Shown here: positions 41,842 through 51,380 of the stretch, piece by piece | Numbering within the stretch: position 1 is the stretch's first letter | Layout: each line of letters opens with the position of its first letter | Assembly: GCA_038213805.1 (NCBI GenBank) | Contig: JBBQSO010000023.1 | Location: 1-64,000 of the forward strand | Source of the DNA: Planctomycetota bacterium | GTDB taxonomy: Bacteria; Planctomycetota; UBA11346 | Length of the DNA: 64,000 nt | Direction of reading: 5' to 3' | Notes under the pieces: generated by a model | The model's database searches: none | Told to the model about the DNA's origin: nothing | Seen by the model: the letters and a program-made list of their open reading frames with translations, nothing else | Program-made: the position numbers and the translations under genes

Positions 41842-42891
41842 TCAAGGATGGGTTGGGAGCGACGGCCGGTCGGCCAGGGCGTCGGCGGCGCGCGCGAACA
41901 CCGCCTCGATGCTGATCGCGCCCATGTCGACCTTGGTCACGTCGCGCCGCTCCCAGGCCGCGCCCGGCGCCTGCAACGTGCGGTAGCCGCGGCCCCGCGG
42001 GCCGTTGCGCGTGGCCGGCACCGGGCCGAACAGCCCTATCGCCGGCGTACCGACCGCCTGGCAGAGATGCAGCGGACCGGTGTCGCCGCTCACCACCAGC
42101 GCCGCGCCGGCGAGCAGGGCAGCAAGTTGGGGAATGGTGGTGGGCGGCGCCACCACGCCGCTGCCGGCTTCACCAGCGATCTCCTCAGCGAGGTCGTGCT
42201 CGGCCGGCGATCCCCATACCAGGACCAGCGGCTGGCGACGGCGACCCAGGGCGCGCGCGAACTCGATCTGGCGCTTCACCGGCCACACCTTGGTCGGCCA
42301 GCCGGCACCGACATTCAGCATCCACGGCTGGCCGGGGCCGTGCGCTGGCAGGCCCTGCTTCTCAAACCAACGCGCCACCCACTCGCGCTCGGCCGTCCAC
42401 GCCGGCAGCGGGAAGCGCCACGGCGCGTCCGGACGGCCGCCGCCAAGCAGGGGCAGGCCCAGGGCGCGCTGCTGATCGATGACGTGTTCGGCGAAGGCTG
42501 GGGTGCGCCGACGCGACAGCAGCCAACTGAGTTCGCGGGCGCGTGGCCGGCGGTGGCCGATGCGCCGGGCTGCGCCCGCGCAGCGCGACAGCAGTGCGCT
42601 CTTGGCCAGGCCCTGGGCATCGATCACCGCGTCGTAGCCGCAGGCCCGCACCTCGCGCAGCAGGCGCCGCAGCAGCAGGGCGCGCCGACCGAGGGTGCAG
42701 CCCGGCTCGCGCATGGAACGCCGCGGCAACTCATGGAGGCGGGCGATGGCCGGGCTGCCGCGCAACAGCGGCGCCCAGCGGTCCTCACATAGCCAGCCCA
42801 GCTCATGGCCGGCCGCCGCCAGATCCGCAGCCAGCGGAAGAGTGTGGACGATATCGCCGAAGGCCCCCAGGCGCACGATCAGAACCCGCAT
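41842..42891 (-). CDS. Glycosyltransferase family 9 (heptosyltransferase-like)
   Basis: VRLGAFGDIVHTLP, IDAQGLAKS, KVWP, VSGDTGPLH and GLFGP. Confidence 0.92.
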   Translation of the reverse strand: MRVLIVRLGAFGDIVHTLPLAADLAAAGHELGWLCEDRWAPLLRGSPAIARLHELPRRSMREPGCTLGRRALLLRRLLREVRACGYDAVIDAQGLAKSALLSRCAGAARRIGHRRPRARELSWLLSRRRTPAFAEHVIDQQRALGLPLLGGGRPDAPWRFPLPAWTAEREWVARWFEKQGLPAHGPGQPWMLNVGAGWPTKVWPVKRQIEFARALGRRRQPLVLVWGSPAEHDLAEEIAGEAGSGVVAPPTTIPQLAALLAGAALVVSGDTGPLHLCQAVGTPAIGLFGPVPATRNGPRGRGYRTLQAPGAAWERRDVTKVDMGAISIEAVFARAADALADRPSLPTHP

Positions 42892-43199
42892 CCGCGGCAC
42901 GTTAGCGGGGCGCCAGAGAATGGCGACGGTCGCCTCCCGCAGGGTCACCACCGGACCTCGCCTGGAATCCGCTCTGAATCCCGGAGGAGAAGCAAAGGAC
43001 CTCCCTGCCAACCCCCTAGCTCCCCATGTCCCTCCGGTTTTCCATGACCATTCCCTGCCACTTTCCGCTGCCTGGCGCCGGTCTGGCCACAGTCCGATAC
43101 CCGGAAGAGGTTTGCGCCCTTGCGACATGAACCGGGGGGCTGTAGAAGGGTCGACCACCTCGACTCCAATAGGACGGGACCTTCCCGGTCGCGAAACGC

Positions 43200-43811
43200 A
43201 TGAGCAAGGATGAACACCTCAGCCTCGGCAAGGTCGCGAAGCGCTGCAATGTCAGCCGCACCACTGTGTACCGCTGGATAGTCCACGGTCACCTGAAGGC
43301 CTACGCCCTGCCCAGCGGCCACTTCCGCGTCAAGCCGGAGGACCTTGAGGAGTTCTGCCAGTCCTTCGGCATCCCCGATGTGGGCAAGAAGCCGGCACGC
43401 ATCACCGCCAACACCGCCGGAAAGCTTCAGGTATTGATCGCTGACGACCACCCCGACGTGGTGCTCCTGCTGCGCAAGGTCGTCGAGCGTTACCTGCCCA
43501 ACGCCATCATCCACGAAGCGGTCAACGGCGTCGACACCTGCATCGCCGTCGGCACCATCCATCCGCACATCCTGCTGCTCGACATCATGATGCCCGGCAT
43601 GGACGGCTTCGCGGTCCTGCAGGAGCTGCTGCGCCGCCCCGAGTTGACCGGCAGCCAGGTGGTGGTGATTTCGGCGTACGAGCCCTTCGACCGCGTCGAA
43701 GAGATGAGCCGCCTCAACCCGCAGATCGCCGCCTGCGTGCGCAAGCCGGTCAGCGTGGACGCGCTGGGCAAGAGCCTGCAGGAGCTGGCGCGCAGCTTCG
43801 CGGTCGGCTGA
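43200..43811 (+). CDS. Excisionase-type HTH + receiver domain response regulator
   Basis: VAKRCNVSRTTVYRWI..G.L.A..LPSGHFRV. Receiver motifs IADD, LLDIMMPGMDG and KP. Confidence 0.9.
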   Translation: MSKDEHLSLGKVAKRCNVSRTTVYRWIVHGHLKAYALPSGHFRVKPEDLEEFCQSFGIPDVGKKPARITANTAGKLQVLIADDHPDVVLLLRKVVERYLPNAIIHEAVNGVDTCIAVGTIHPHILLLDIMMPGMDGFAVLQELLRRPELTGSQVVVISAYEPFDRVEEMSRLNPQIAACVRKPVSVDALGKSLQELARSFAVG

Positions 43812-43821
43812 TAGGCGACCC

Positions 43822-44781
43822 ATGCTCGAGGTCCTGCAGTCGCTGCAGCCGCATTTCAACGAGGTCGAAAAGCACATGGCGCTGGCCCTGGCCAGCGCCG
43901 AGGTGCGCGTCGATGACCTCATCGCCAGGCTCGGCAGCTTCCACGGCAAGATGCTGCGCCCGGCGCTGGTGCTGCTGGTCGCCGAGGCGGCCGGCGGCAT
44001 CCAGCCGGTGCACCATCGCCTGGGCGCCGCGCTTGAGCTGATCCACACCGCCACCCTGATCCACGACGACCTCATCGACGATAGCGGCCTGCGCCGCGGC
44101 CAGCCGACCGCGCACGTGGTCTTCGGCAACACCACCTCGGTGCTGCTCGGCGACTACTTCTACACGCACGCCTTCGACCTGATGGCCGACATCGGCGACC
44201 TGGTGGCGATGAAGCGCCTGACCGTCACCACCAACGTCATGTGCACCGGCGAGCTGCACCAGCAGTGCGCCGCGCGCGATACCGCGCTCAGCGAAGCTGA
44301 GTACAACCGCATCATTTTCGCCAAGACCGCGGCGCTGTGCGAACGCGCCGGCGAGCTTGGCGCAGTGCGCGGGGACCCGACGCAGCGCGCCGCCGCGGCC
44401 GCCTACGCACGTGCCTGCGGCATGGCCTTCCAGATCGCCGACGACTGCCTCGACTTCAGCGGCGATCCGAAGAAGGTCGGCAAGACCCTGGCCACCGACA
44501 TCGAGCGCGGCCGCCTGACCCTACCGATCATCCGCCTGCTCGAGAGTCTGAACGGCGCCGAGCGCGCCAGCGCGGCTCAGCGCCTGACCAGCGTCACCAC
44601 GCTCGCGGACGTCGACGCAGTCCGGGCCATGGTCGTGGATGGCGGCGGCGTGCGCGCCGCGCTGGACACCGCGCGTGGCTACATCACCCTCGCCCAGAAG
44701 CAGCTCGACGCCTTCCCCGCGAGCGTCCACCGTCAGCGTCTATGGGACCTCGCCGAATTCATCGTCGCGCGCGATTTCTGA
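43822..44781 (+). CDS. Polyprenyl diphosphate synthase (IspB-like)
   Basis: GKMLRP, IHTATLIHDDLIDD...RRG, KTA and FQIADDCLD. Confidence 0.93.
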   Translation: MLEVLQSLQPHFNEVEKHMALALASAEVRVDDLIARLGSFHGKMLRPALVLLVAEAAGGIQPVHHRLGAALELIHTATLIHDDLIDDSGLRRGQPTAHVVFGNTTSVLLGDYFYTHAFDLMADIGDLVAMKRLTVTTNVMCTGELHQQCAARDTALSEAEYNRIIFAKTAALCERAGELGAVRGDPTQRAAAAAYARACGMAFQIADDCLDFSGDPKKVGKTLATDIERGRLTLPIIRLLESLNGAERASAAQRLTSVTTLADVDAVRAMVVDGGGVRAALDTARGYITLAQKQLDAFPASVHRQRLWDLAEFIVARDF

Positions 44782-44803
44782 ACGCTCGGACTCGAGAATA
44801 CAA

Positions 44804-44978
44804 CCGCCAAGGCGCCAAGTCACAGCCGAGGGCAGCCAGCGAGGCCGTCCACTCCCCAAGAAATCCTTTGCCGTGATCAGTGGGGGAGGCGGAAAGCGGA
44901 GGGGCTCCAACCCACTCTGCGCGCCGAAGAACCAGAAGGGACCATCCACTATCACCGCGGTTCCTGGCATCTTGGCGG
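44804..44978. repeat. Degenerate inverted element with CGCCAAG-type arms
   Basis: CCGCCAAGGCGCCAAG (44804-44819) and CCTGGCATCTTGGCGG (44963-44978) match at 13/16 as inverted repeats, between convergent genes. Confidence 0.5.
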
Positions 44979-45005
44979 CACTATACGCTCCCTCTTATCT
45001 GACGC

Positions 45006-47261
45006 TCAGCCCCCCGCCACCGGTTGCGACTCGGGGACCCACTTGTGCACCAGCTTGGCGAACTGCACCTGGGTGTAGGGCTTGGCCAAATAATCGTCGA
45101 AACCGAGCTGCAGGAAGCGCTCGTGGTCGCCGACCATGGCGTTCGCGGTCAGCGCCACGATCGGCGGGCAGATCGCGCCGGCGGGGAGGCTCGCGCGGAT
45201 CTCGCGCATCGCCGCGATGCCGTCCAGCTCCGGCATGTGCACGTCCATCAGCACCAGCACCGGCCGCTCGTCGGTGAACCGCGCCACCGCCTGCCGACCG
45301 TCAGCGGCACAACTGGCGCGCAGGCCGAGGCGCACCAGGCGCGCCACCGCCAGGGTGCGATTGACCAGGTCGTCCTCGGCGAGCAACACCAGCGGCAGCG
45401 CGGATGCGGTCGGGGTCGGGTCGACTGCCGTATTGACGCGGGGTGCCGCCTCGCGCAGCGCGGCGATGAGCATGGTCGCGGCCTCGGAGCGACGCAGCGG
45501 CAGCTCGAACCAGAATGTCGACCCGCTGCCGGGCGTGCTCACCACGCCGATCGCGCCGCCCATCAGCTCGACCAGGTTCTTGACGATGCTCAGGCCCATG
45601 CCGGTGCCACCGTGGCGCCGCGAATAGGAGCCGTCGACCTGCACGAACGGACGGAAGAGTTTGCCCAGGTCGGCCTCGGCGATGCCGATACCGGTGTCCT
45701 GCACCTCGCAGCGCACCGTGACCCGGCCCTGGCCGGCGGCGGCCGCGGCGACGCGCACCTCGACGGAGCCCTGGTCGGTGAACTTGAGCGAATTGCCGAC
45801 CAGGTTGAGCAGCACCTGGCGGATGCGCCCGCCGTCGGCGCGCAACAGGCGCGGCAGCTCGGGGTCGATGACCACGCGCAGCGGCAGCGCCTTGGACTTC
45901 GCCGCCGGACTGAGCACGGTCATGGCGTCGCGCACCACCTGGGCGAGGTCGATGTCGGTGAGGTCGAGGCGGAAGCGGCCGGCCTCCATTTTTGAAAAAT
46001 CGAGCAGGTCGTTGATGACGCGCAGCAGCTCCTGCCCGGAGGTCAGCACGCCCTCGACGCACTCGCGCTGCATGGCATCGACGCCGCTCTCGAGGAGCAG
46101 CTCGCTCAGCCCGATGATGCCGTTCATCGGCGTGCGGATCTCGTGGCTGACGGTGGCCAGGAATGAGGACTTCAGGCGCGAATTCTCGATCGCCTCGTCG
46201 CGCGTCCGCGCGAGGGCCTCTTCCGCCTCCTTGCGCGCGGTGATGTCGAAGATCACGCCGATGTGCCCGGCGCCGGCGGGCAGCGGCGCCGCGGTGAAGA
46301 TCGCGAATTGCAGGCCGTTGCCGGCAGGCAGCCCGGTCTCGCAGGTGAACACGCCGCCCGCGGCGTGCGCGGCGACGAAGCGCTCCCAAAGTTCGGCGGG
46401 CAGCATCTCCCACACCGGCCGGCCGGCTGCCGCGCCGCCACCAACGAGGCGCGTGAAGGCGTCGTTGCAACCTTGCAACAGGCCGGCGCCGTCGCAGTGG
46501 AAGACCGGCACCGGGATGGTGTCGATCAGGCGCTGCTGGAAGGCGACCTGGGTGTGGAGCTGGTCACGTGCCTGGACGAGCAGGCCGTGACCTTCGCCGA
46601 GCTGGCGCGCAGCCTCGCTGAGCGCGGTGGTCAGGGCGTCGATCTCGCGGATCGGCGAGCGCAGCTCGACGACGGCGAACTGGCCGCGCGCCATGCGCCG
46701 CGCCGCGTGCACCGCCTGGTCGAGCGGCCGGGTCAGCCCACGACTGAGGCGGTGGACGATCGGCAGCAGGGTGAGGATCACCACCGCCGAGGCCAGGACC
46801 GCGCCGACCAGGATGGTACCCAGCAAGGCGTCCGAGGCCGCGGCGCGGCTGGTGATGCCGACCAGGCCCTGGCCGGCGATGGGCGCGGTGACCAGGTCGG
46901 AAACCGGGGGGCTCACCTCCTCGAAGCTCCGCCCGGTGAGCTCGGGCGCACTGCTTGCCACCACGCGCCCACGCTGATCGACGACCGTCGCCGAGGACAG
47001 GTCGCCCGTCGCGACCGCGCTGTCGATAAGCTCGACGACGCGCGGGTAGTTGCGTTCGGCGAGTGGCACGGCGAGGTTGTCGGCGAGATGATGGGCGAGC
47101 AGCTGCTGCTTCTCCGCAAGATTGCGGCTCAGCGCACGCTGCGTGGTGACGAGCTGCAGCGCGGTGAGCGCCACCGTCACCAGCACCACCGTGACCATGA
47201 CCAGGGCGAGGATGCGGTGATGCAGGCTTGGCAGCAGGCGTGCAAGCAGGCCGGCCTTCAT
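45006..47261 (-). CDS. Hybrid sensor histidine kinase (TM-HAMP-PAS-HisKA-HATPase-REC)
   Basis: [43 protein letters not shown] and LAKP. Confidence 0.95.
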   Translation of the reverse strand: MKAGLLARLLPSLHHRILALVMVTVVLVTVALTALQLVTTQRALSRNLAEKQQLLAHHLADNLAVPLAERNYPRVVELIDSAVATGDLSSATVVDQRGRVVASSAPELTGRSFEEVSPPVSDLVTAPIAGQGLVGITSRAAASDALLGTILVGAVLASAVVILTLLPIVHRLSRGLTRPLDQAVHAARRMARGQFAVVELRSPIREIDALTTALSEAARQLGEGHGLLVQARDQLHTQVAFQQRLIDTIPVPVFHCDGAGLLQGCNDAFTRLVGGGAAAGRPVWEMLPAELWERFVAAHAAGGVFTCETGLPAGNGLQFAIFTAAPLPAGAGHIGVIFDITARKEAEEALARTRDEAIENSRLKSSFLATVSHEIRTPMNGIIGLSELLLESGVDAMQRECVEGVLTSGQELLRVINDLLDFSKMEAGRFRLDLTDIDLAQVVRDAMTVLSPAAKSKALPLRVVIDPELPRLLRADGGRIRQVLLNLVGNSLKFTDQGSVEVRVAAAAAGQGRVTVRCEVQDTGIGIAEADLGKLFRPFVQVDGSYSRRHGGTGMGLSIVKNLVELMGGAIGVVSTPGSGSTFWFELPLRRSEAATMLIAALREAAPRVNTAVDPTPTASALPLVLLAEDDLVNRTLAVARLVRLGLRASCAADGRQAVARFTDERPVLVLMDVHMPELDGIAAMREIRASLPAGAICPPIVALTANAMVGDHERFLQLGFDDYLAKPYTQVQFAKLVHKWVPESQPVAGG

Positions 47262-48340
47262 CGCGTCGCCCGCTTCCAGGCCGCCTGATAGCGGGCCAGG
47301 GTCGCCGCGTCGAGCGGCTGCCAGATGGTGAGCCGCCCGAGGTAATCCGCGTCGGTGATGTGGTAGTCGAGCTTCTCGGCCACGGTCAAGAACCGCGTGG
47401 CGTAGATGTTGGCCGGCCCGTAGGAGGTGTGGCGCGCGACCTCGGCCTCGACGCGTGCGCTGATCTGGTAGTCGATGAACTCGTGGACCAGCAGCAGCTT
47501 GGCGGGATCAATGGCGCTCGATATCGCCCAGTTGTCGACCCACGCGGTGGCGCCCTCAGCGGGGACGGTCATCGCCCAGTCTCCGCCTTTGCTGTTGATG
47601 AGGTGCACGCCAATGCCCCAATCCGTGCCCACATCGATGGTCTTGACGCTGTCCGGCTCGAGATTGTCGGACCAGTAATGGCCGACCTGGGCGTGCAGCT
47701 CGCGCAGCTTGACCTCAATGCGCGCGAGCTGCGCGTCGCTGAGCCTGAACAGGTCGCTGGCCGGGATATGCAGGGCGAGGGCCACCAGGTAGATATTCGC
47801 GGTGTCGTAGTTGCTCACCGACACCCGCCCCTTCCAGCGTTCGTCCCACAGCACCTCGTAGCTGGTCGGCTTCGCGAGCTTGGCGCGATTATAGGCGAGG
47901 GCGTACGGCCCGTAGGTGAAGGGCGCGCCCCAGGTGTGCCCGTCGATGCGGAAGTAGCCATTGTCGAGGATGATCGGGTTGACCTGCGCCAGATTCGGGA
48001 CCAAGGCGGTCTCGAGCGGCCGAATCAGACCCTCATCCTTGAGCGTGCGCAGCAGGTCGTTGGCCGGGCTGACGAGGTCGGCGCTGTGGTCGCGCAAGTG
48101 GCTGCGAAAGGAATCGAGACCCGTGGCGCTGGTGCGCACGAGCTCGACCTCGATGTGATGACGCTCGCGCATCGCCGCGATGAAGCCCGGGGCGTAGGGC
48201 TCCACGTAGCCCTCCCAGGCGTGGATGGCGATCTGCACTTTGTGCAGGGGCGCTTCGTCAGCCGCCTCCAGCATGGGGCTGTAGAGGAGCATCCAGACCG
48301 GAATCAGGAATGCCGCGAGCAGAGGGGACGGCGAGGACAT
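47258..48340 (-). CDS. PotD/PotF-like extracellular solute-binding protein
   Basis: Signal peptide, WEGY, DLVSP, VPNL, PFTYG..LAYN, PAEGATAWVDNWAI and FIDY. Confidence 0.85.
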   Translation of the reverse strand: MSSPSPLLAAFLIPVWMLLYSPMLEAADEAPLHKVQIAIHAWEGYVEPYAPGFIAAMRERHHIEVELVRTSATGLDSFRSHLRDHSADLVSPANDLLRTLKDEGLIRPLETALVPNLAQVNPIILDNGYFRIDGHTWGAPFTYGPYALAYNRAKLAKPTSYEVLWDERWKGRVSVSNYDTANIYLVALALHIPASDLFRLSDAQLARIEVKLRELHAQVGHYWSDNLEPDSVKTIDVGTDWGIGVHLINSKGGDWAMTVPAEGATAWVDNWAISSAIDPAKLLLVHEFIDYQISARVEAEVARHTSYGPANIYATRFLTVAEKLDYHITDADYLGRLTIWQPLDAATLARYQAAWKRATR

Positions 48341-48387
48341 GGGCCAGTATGGCACAGAATGGAGTTGGACGCACCTGGGAGGCTGCT

Positions 48388-48521
48388 GGCTGACGGCTGA
48401 CGGCTGACGACGGCGCTTCGCGCCGTCTCATGAACCCGAAAGCAGGGGCCGGCCGCGATCGATTTGCAATCCCCGGACCAGTAGCTGCCAGCTGCCAGCC
48501 GTCAGCCGTCAGCCGTCAGCC
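48388..48521. repeat. Inverted heptamer-array element (GGCTGAC)x3 ... (GTCAGCC)x3
   Basis: Arms at 48388-48408 and 48501-48521, with an internal hairpin GACGGCG-CTTCG-CGCCGTC. Confidence 0.85.
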
Positions 48522-48685
48522 TGCCGTCTGACCGCCTCTCCCCCGTATGCCGTTTTACCGGTTGCGGGCAGCTCTGACCCCCGCCATTATACAGAAGCCC
48601 GCCCGCCGGCATGGCCCACGCCCAGCGCGTCGGGCGAACCCGGTGGCGCCGACGAGCCCATCTGTCCCCCCGAGGAATCCATTTC

Positions 48686-50224
48686 GTGTCCCATCACAAC
48701 AGCGGCGCCCGGCATCCCCGGCGCCAGCCCCGCGACCACGTTGCCCATACCGATGACAGCGGTGCGTTGCCCATCCACAACCCCAGCGAGCCGCGCATCA
48801 TCGTCCGCGAAGACCACGCGATCAGCCGCAAGGACATCGACCCCGATACCTTGCGCGTCCTCTACAAGCTCAAGGACGCCGGCTACGAGTCCTACCTGGT
48901 CGGTGGCGCGGTGCGCGACCTGCTGATGGGGCGGAGACCCAAGGATTTCGACCTCGCCACCGACGCGCGGCCGCGCGACCTGCGCCGGCTGTTCCGCAAC
49001 AGCCGCGAGGTCGGCCGTCGCTTCCGCCTGGTGCACGTGTTCTTCGGCCCCAAGAATGTCGAGGTCGCAACCCTGCGCTCGATGGTCGAGGCGAGCAGCG
49101 ACGGCAGCGGTGACCTCTACGTCGAGGAAGATAACCAGTGGGGCGATCTGGAGAGCGACTCCTTCCGCCGCGACTTCACCATCAATGCGCTGTACTACGA
49201 CATCCGCGACTTCGCGGTCATCGACTACACCGGCGGCGTGCAGGACCTGAACGACCACCTCATCCGCTGCATCGGCGATCCCCAGGTACGCTTCCGCGAG
49301 GATCCGGTGCGCATGCTGCGCGCGATCAAGTTCGCGGCGCGCTTCGGCTACACCATCGAAGCCGAGACCGATCGCGCGCTGCGCGAGTTGGGCGAGGAGA
49401 TCCACAAGGCCAGCCGCTTCCGCGTCACCGAGGAGATCTTCCGCATCCTCACCCAGGCCAACCGTGAGCGCGGCCTGCGCCTGCTCCACGACTACGGCAT
49501 CCTGCGCGTCATCTATCCTGAGTGGCTCGAAGCGATCGGCCCCGACGGCTTCGCCCAGGTGACCGAGTTCTTCGCCGCGGTCGACAAGGCCGCCGAGGAG
49601 GAGCGCTACTTCCCGCTCGAGGTCCTGACCACCGGCCTGTTCCTGCCGCTGCTCGACACCGTCAACGTCGAGAAGGACCACTTCCACCGTATCGCCTCGC
49701 GCGTCACCAGCGAGATCCGCACCCTTGGCATCCGCATGGATCTGCCCAAGCGGCTGATCAACAGCGCCATGGAACTGCTGCGCGGCCAGCTCTATATGCT
49801 GTTCTTCGCGCACCTGCCCAAGCGCGTGCGCCGCTACGTGACCGCGCCGTTCTTTGATCTGGTGCTGCGTGTCAACGAGCTGGCCTTCGGCGGCGTGCCC
49901 GAGCTCGCAGAGCTGCAGGCGACCTGGACCGATGCGCGCAAGGCGCTGCGTCAGCCGCTGGGCGGCAGCGTCGGCACGCCCGACCGCCGCGACATCTTCA
50001 GCTTCCGCGGCGCCACCGGCGGCGGCCGCCACCATCGCGGCGGCGGTGGCCACCGCGGCGTGCTGCACGGCTCCGACACCGAGGACGATGACGAGGTCGG
50101 CGACGACGCCTGGCTCGAGAAGGAGACCGCGGCCTGGGAGGCCGAGGACGGCGCGCCCGCCGAGGGGCAGGCCGAGGGCGGCAACGGCGGAAACAACGGC
50201 AACGGCAAGGGCGGGCGTCGCTAG
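48686..50224 (+). CDS. pcnB: Poly(A) polymerase I
   Basis: LVGGAVRDLL..PKDFD, the PAP-specific VGRRFRLVHV, RRDFTINAL and EDPVRMLRA. GTG start after GAGG. Confidence 0.9.
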   Translation: MSHHNSGARHPRRQPRDHVAHTDDSGALPIHNPSEPRIIVREDHAISRKDIDPDTLRVLYKLKDAGYESYLVGGAVRDLLMGRRPKDFDLATDARPRDLRRLFRNSREVGRRFRLVHVFFGPKNVEVATLRSMVEASSDGSGDLYVEEDNQWGDLESDSFRRDFTINALYYDIRDFAVIDYTGGVQDLNDHLIRCIGDPQVRFREDPVRMLRAIKFAARFGYTIEAETDRALRELGEEIHKASRFRVTEEIFRILTQANRERGLRLLHDYGILRVIYPEWLEAIGPDGFAQVTEFFAAVDKAAEEERYFPLEVLTTGLFLPLLDTVNVEKDHFHRIASRVTSEIRTLGIRMDLPKRLINSAMELLRGQLYMLFFAHLPKRVRRYVTAPFFDLVLRVNELAFGGVPELAELQATWTDARKALRQPLGGSVGTPDRRDIFSFRGATGGGRHHRGGGGHRGVLHGSDTEDDDEVGDDAWLEKETAAWEAEDGAPAEGQAEGGNGGNNGNGKGGRR

Positions 50225-50244
50225 CCCGTCCTGGGACCTCCCTG

Positions 50245-50495
50245 CAGCCGGACAGCCGGACAGCCGGATAAAACAGGAGACGCGGAGGCGCGGAGAACGG
50301 AGGAGGACGACTGAGAGCTCGGACCGCCCCGCCATCCGCGTTCCTGACCGTCTGACCAGGCCGCTCCCGGAATCGCGGCGTCCACGCGCATCGCGGAAGC
50401 GCTCCAGGCAGTCCCCCCTCCCCTCCTCCGATCTCCGCGTCTCCGCGACTCCTGTTCGATCCGGCTGTCGCATCCTCGCGTTGGATCCGGCTGTC
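50245..50495. repeat. Composite inverted element with (CAGCCGGA)n outer arms and CGCGGAG-type inner arms
   Basis: Left: (CAGCCGGA)x3 + AACAGGAGACGCGGAGGCGCGGAGAACGGAGGAGG. Right: CCTCCTCCGATCTCCGCGTCTCCGCGACTCCTGTT + ATCCGGCTGTC x2. Confidence 0.85.
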
Positions 50496-50521
50496 GGACT
50501 CCCCCTCGATCGGACCACTCT

Positions 50522-51307
50522 GTGCCGCGCTACGCGCTCACTATCGAATATGATGGACGCGCCTTCCAGGGCACGCAGGCCCAGGCTCCAGGTCTACGAA
50601 CCCTGCAGGGCGTGCTTGAGGCCGCCGCGGCCACCCTCGACGGGAAGGAGGTCCAGGTGCGCCTCAGCAGCCGCCTTGACGCGGAGGTCAGCGCACTGGC
50701 CCTGACCGGTGACTGCATGCTCGCCAAGGAATGGGATCCGGCGACCCTCGCCCTGGCGTTCACCAGCAATCTACCCAACGACGTCGCAGTGCGCAGGGTC
50801 GCGCGCGTCGCCGACGGCTGGAGCGCGAAGCTCCATGCGCGCAGCAAGACCTACCGCTATCGCGTGGTCCAACGCGGTGTGCGACCGGTCCTCGACCGCG
50901 ACTGCCTGTGGGTGCGCCAGCTCGACCATGTCGAGCGCCTGCATGAACTCGCGGCGCTGCTTAGCGGTGACCTCGATCTGTCGGGCTTCGCGTGCCTGCG
51001 CGGCGACGACACCGACGCACAGGACCCGCACCGCCGCGTGCTGCGTGCGTGGTGGACGCGCGAGCCGCGCGGCGACGACACGCATTGGTTGTTCCGCATC
51101 ACCGGCCAGGGCTTCCTCTACAAGCAGGTGCGTGGGCTGGTCGGGGCGATGGTCTTCGTCGCCCAGGGGCGCGCGGAGTGCGCGGATTTCATCGCCGCGA
51201 TGCAGGCCGGTCGCAGCGCGCGGCGCTTCGGCAACATCGTGCCGGGAGGGGGGCTGGTGCTGGAGCAGGTCAGCTACGATCCCGAACCGGCGTGGGTGGC
51301 GGTATGA
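50522..51307 (+). CDS. truA: tRNA pseudouridine(38-40) synthase
   Basis: IEYDGRAFQG.Q, TLQG.LE, SRLDAEVSA, KTYRY, GFLYKQVR and GLVL. Confidence 0.9.
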   Translation: MPRYALTIEYDGRAFQGTQAQAPGLRTLQGVLEAAAATLDGKEVQVRLSSRLDAEVSALALTGDCMLAKEWDPATLALAFTSNLPNDVAVRRVARVADGWSAKLHARSKTYRYRVVQRGVRPVLDRDCLWVRQLDHVERLHELAALLSGDLDLSGFACLRGDDTDAQDPHRRVLRAWWTREPRGDDTHWLFRITGQGFLYKQVRGLVGAMVFVAQGRAECADFIAAMQAGRSARRFGNIVPGGGLVLEQVSYDPEPAWVAV

Positions 51308-51314
51308 TCGCCCC

Positions 51315-51374
51315 TGTGCGGAATGCGGCGTGCGCAGTGCGCTGATTCACACGACGCATTCCGCACTTCGCACA
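51315..51374. repeat. Short inverted heptamer-array hairpin between convergent genes (possible terminator)
   Basis: TGTGCGGAATGCGGCGTGCGCAGTGCG ... CGCATTCCGCACTTCGCACA. Confidence 0.7.
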
Positions 51375-51380
51375 TGTGCG

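Noticed and set aside
42892..43199. ncRNA or small ORF in the divergent GT9/regulator spacer
   Set aside because: No recognisable RNA motif or RBS-supported ORF. Most simply a divergent promoter region.
43200..43380. Prophage excisionase
   Set aside because: The HTH is fused to a receiver domain and co-oriented with the polyprenyl synthase. No integrase or phage genes are nearby.
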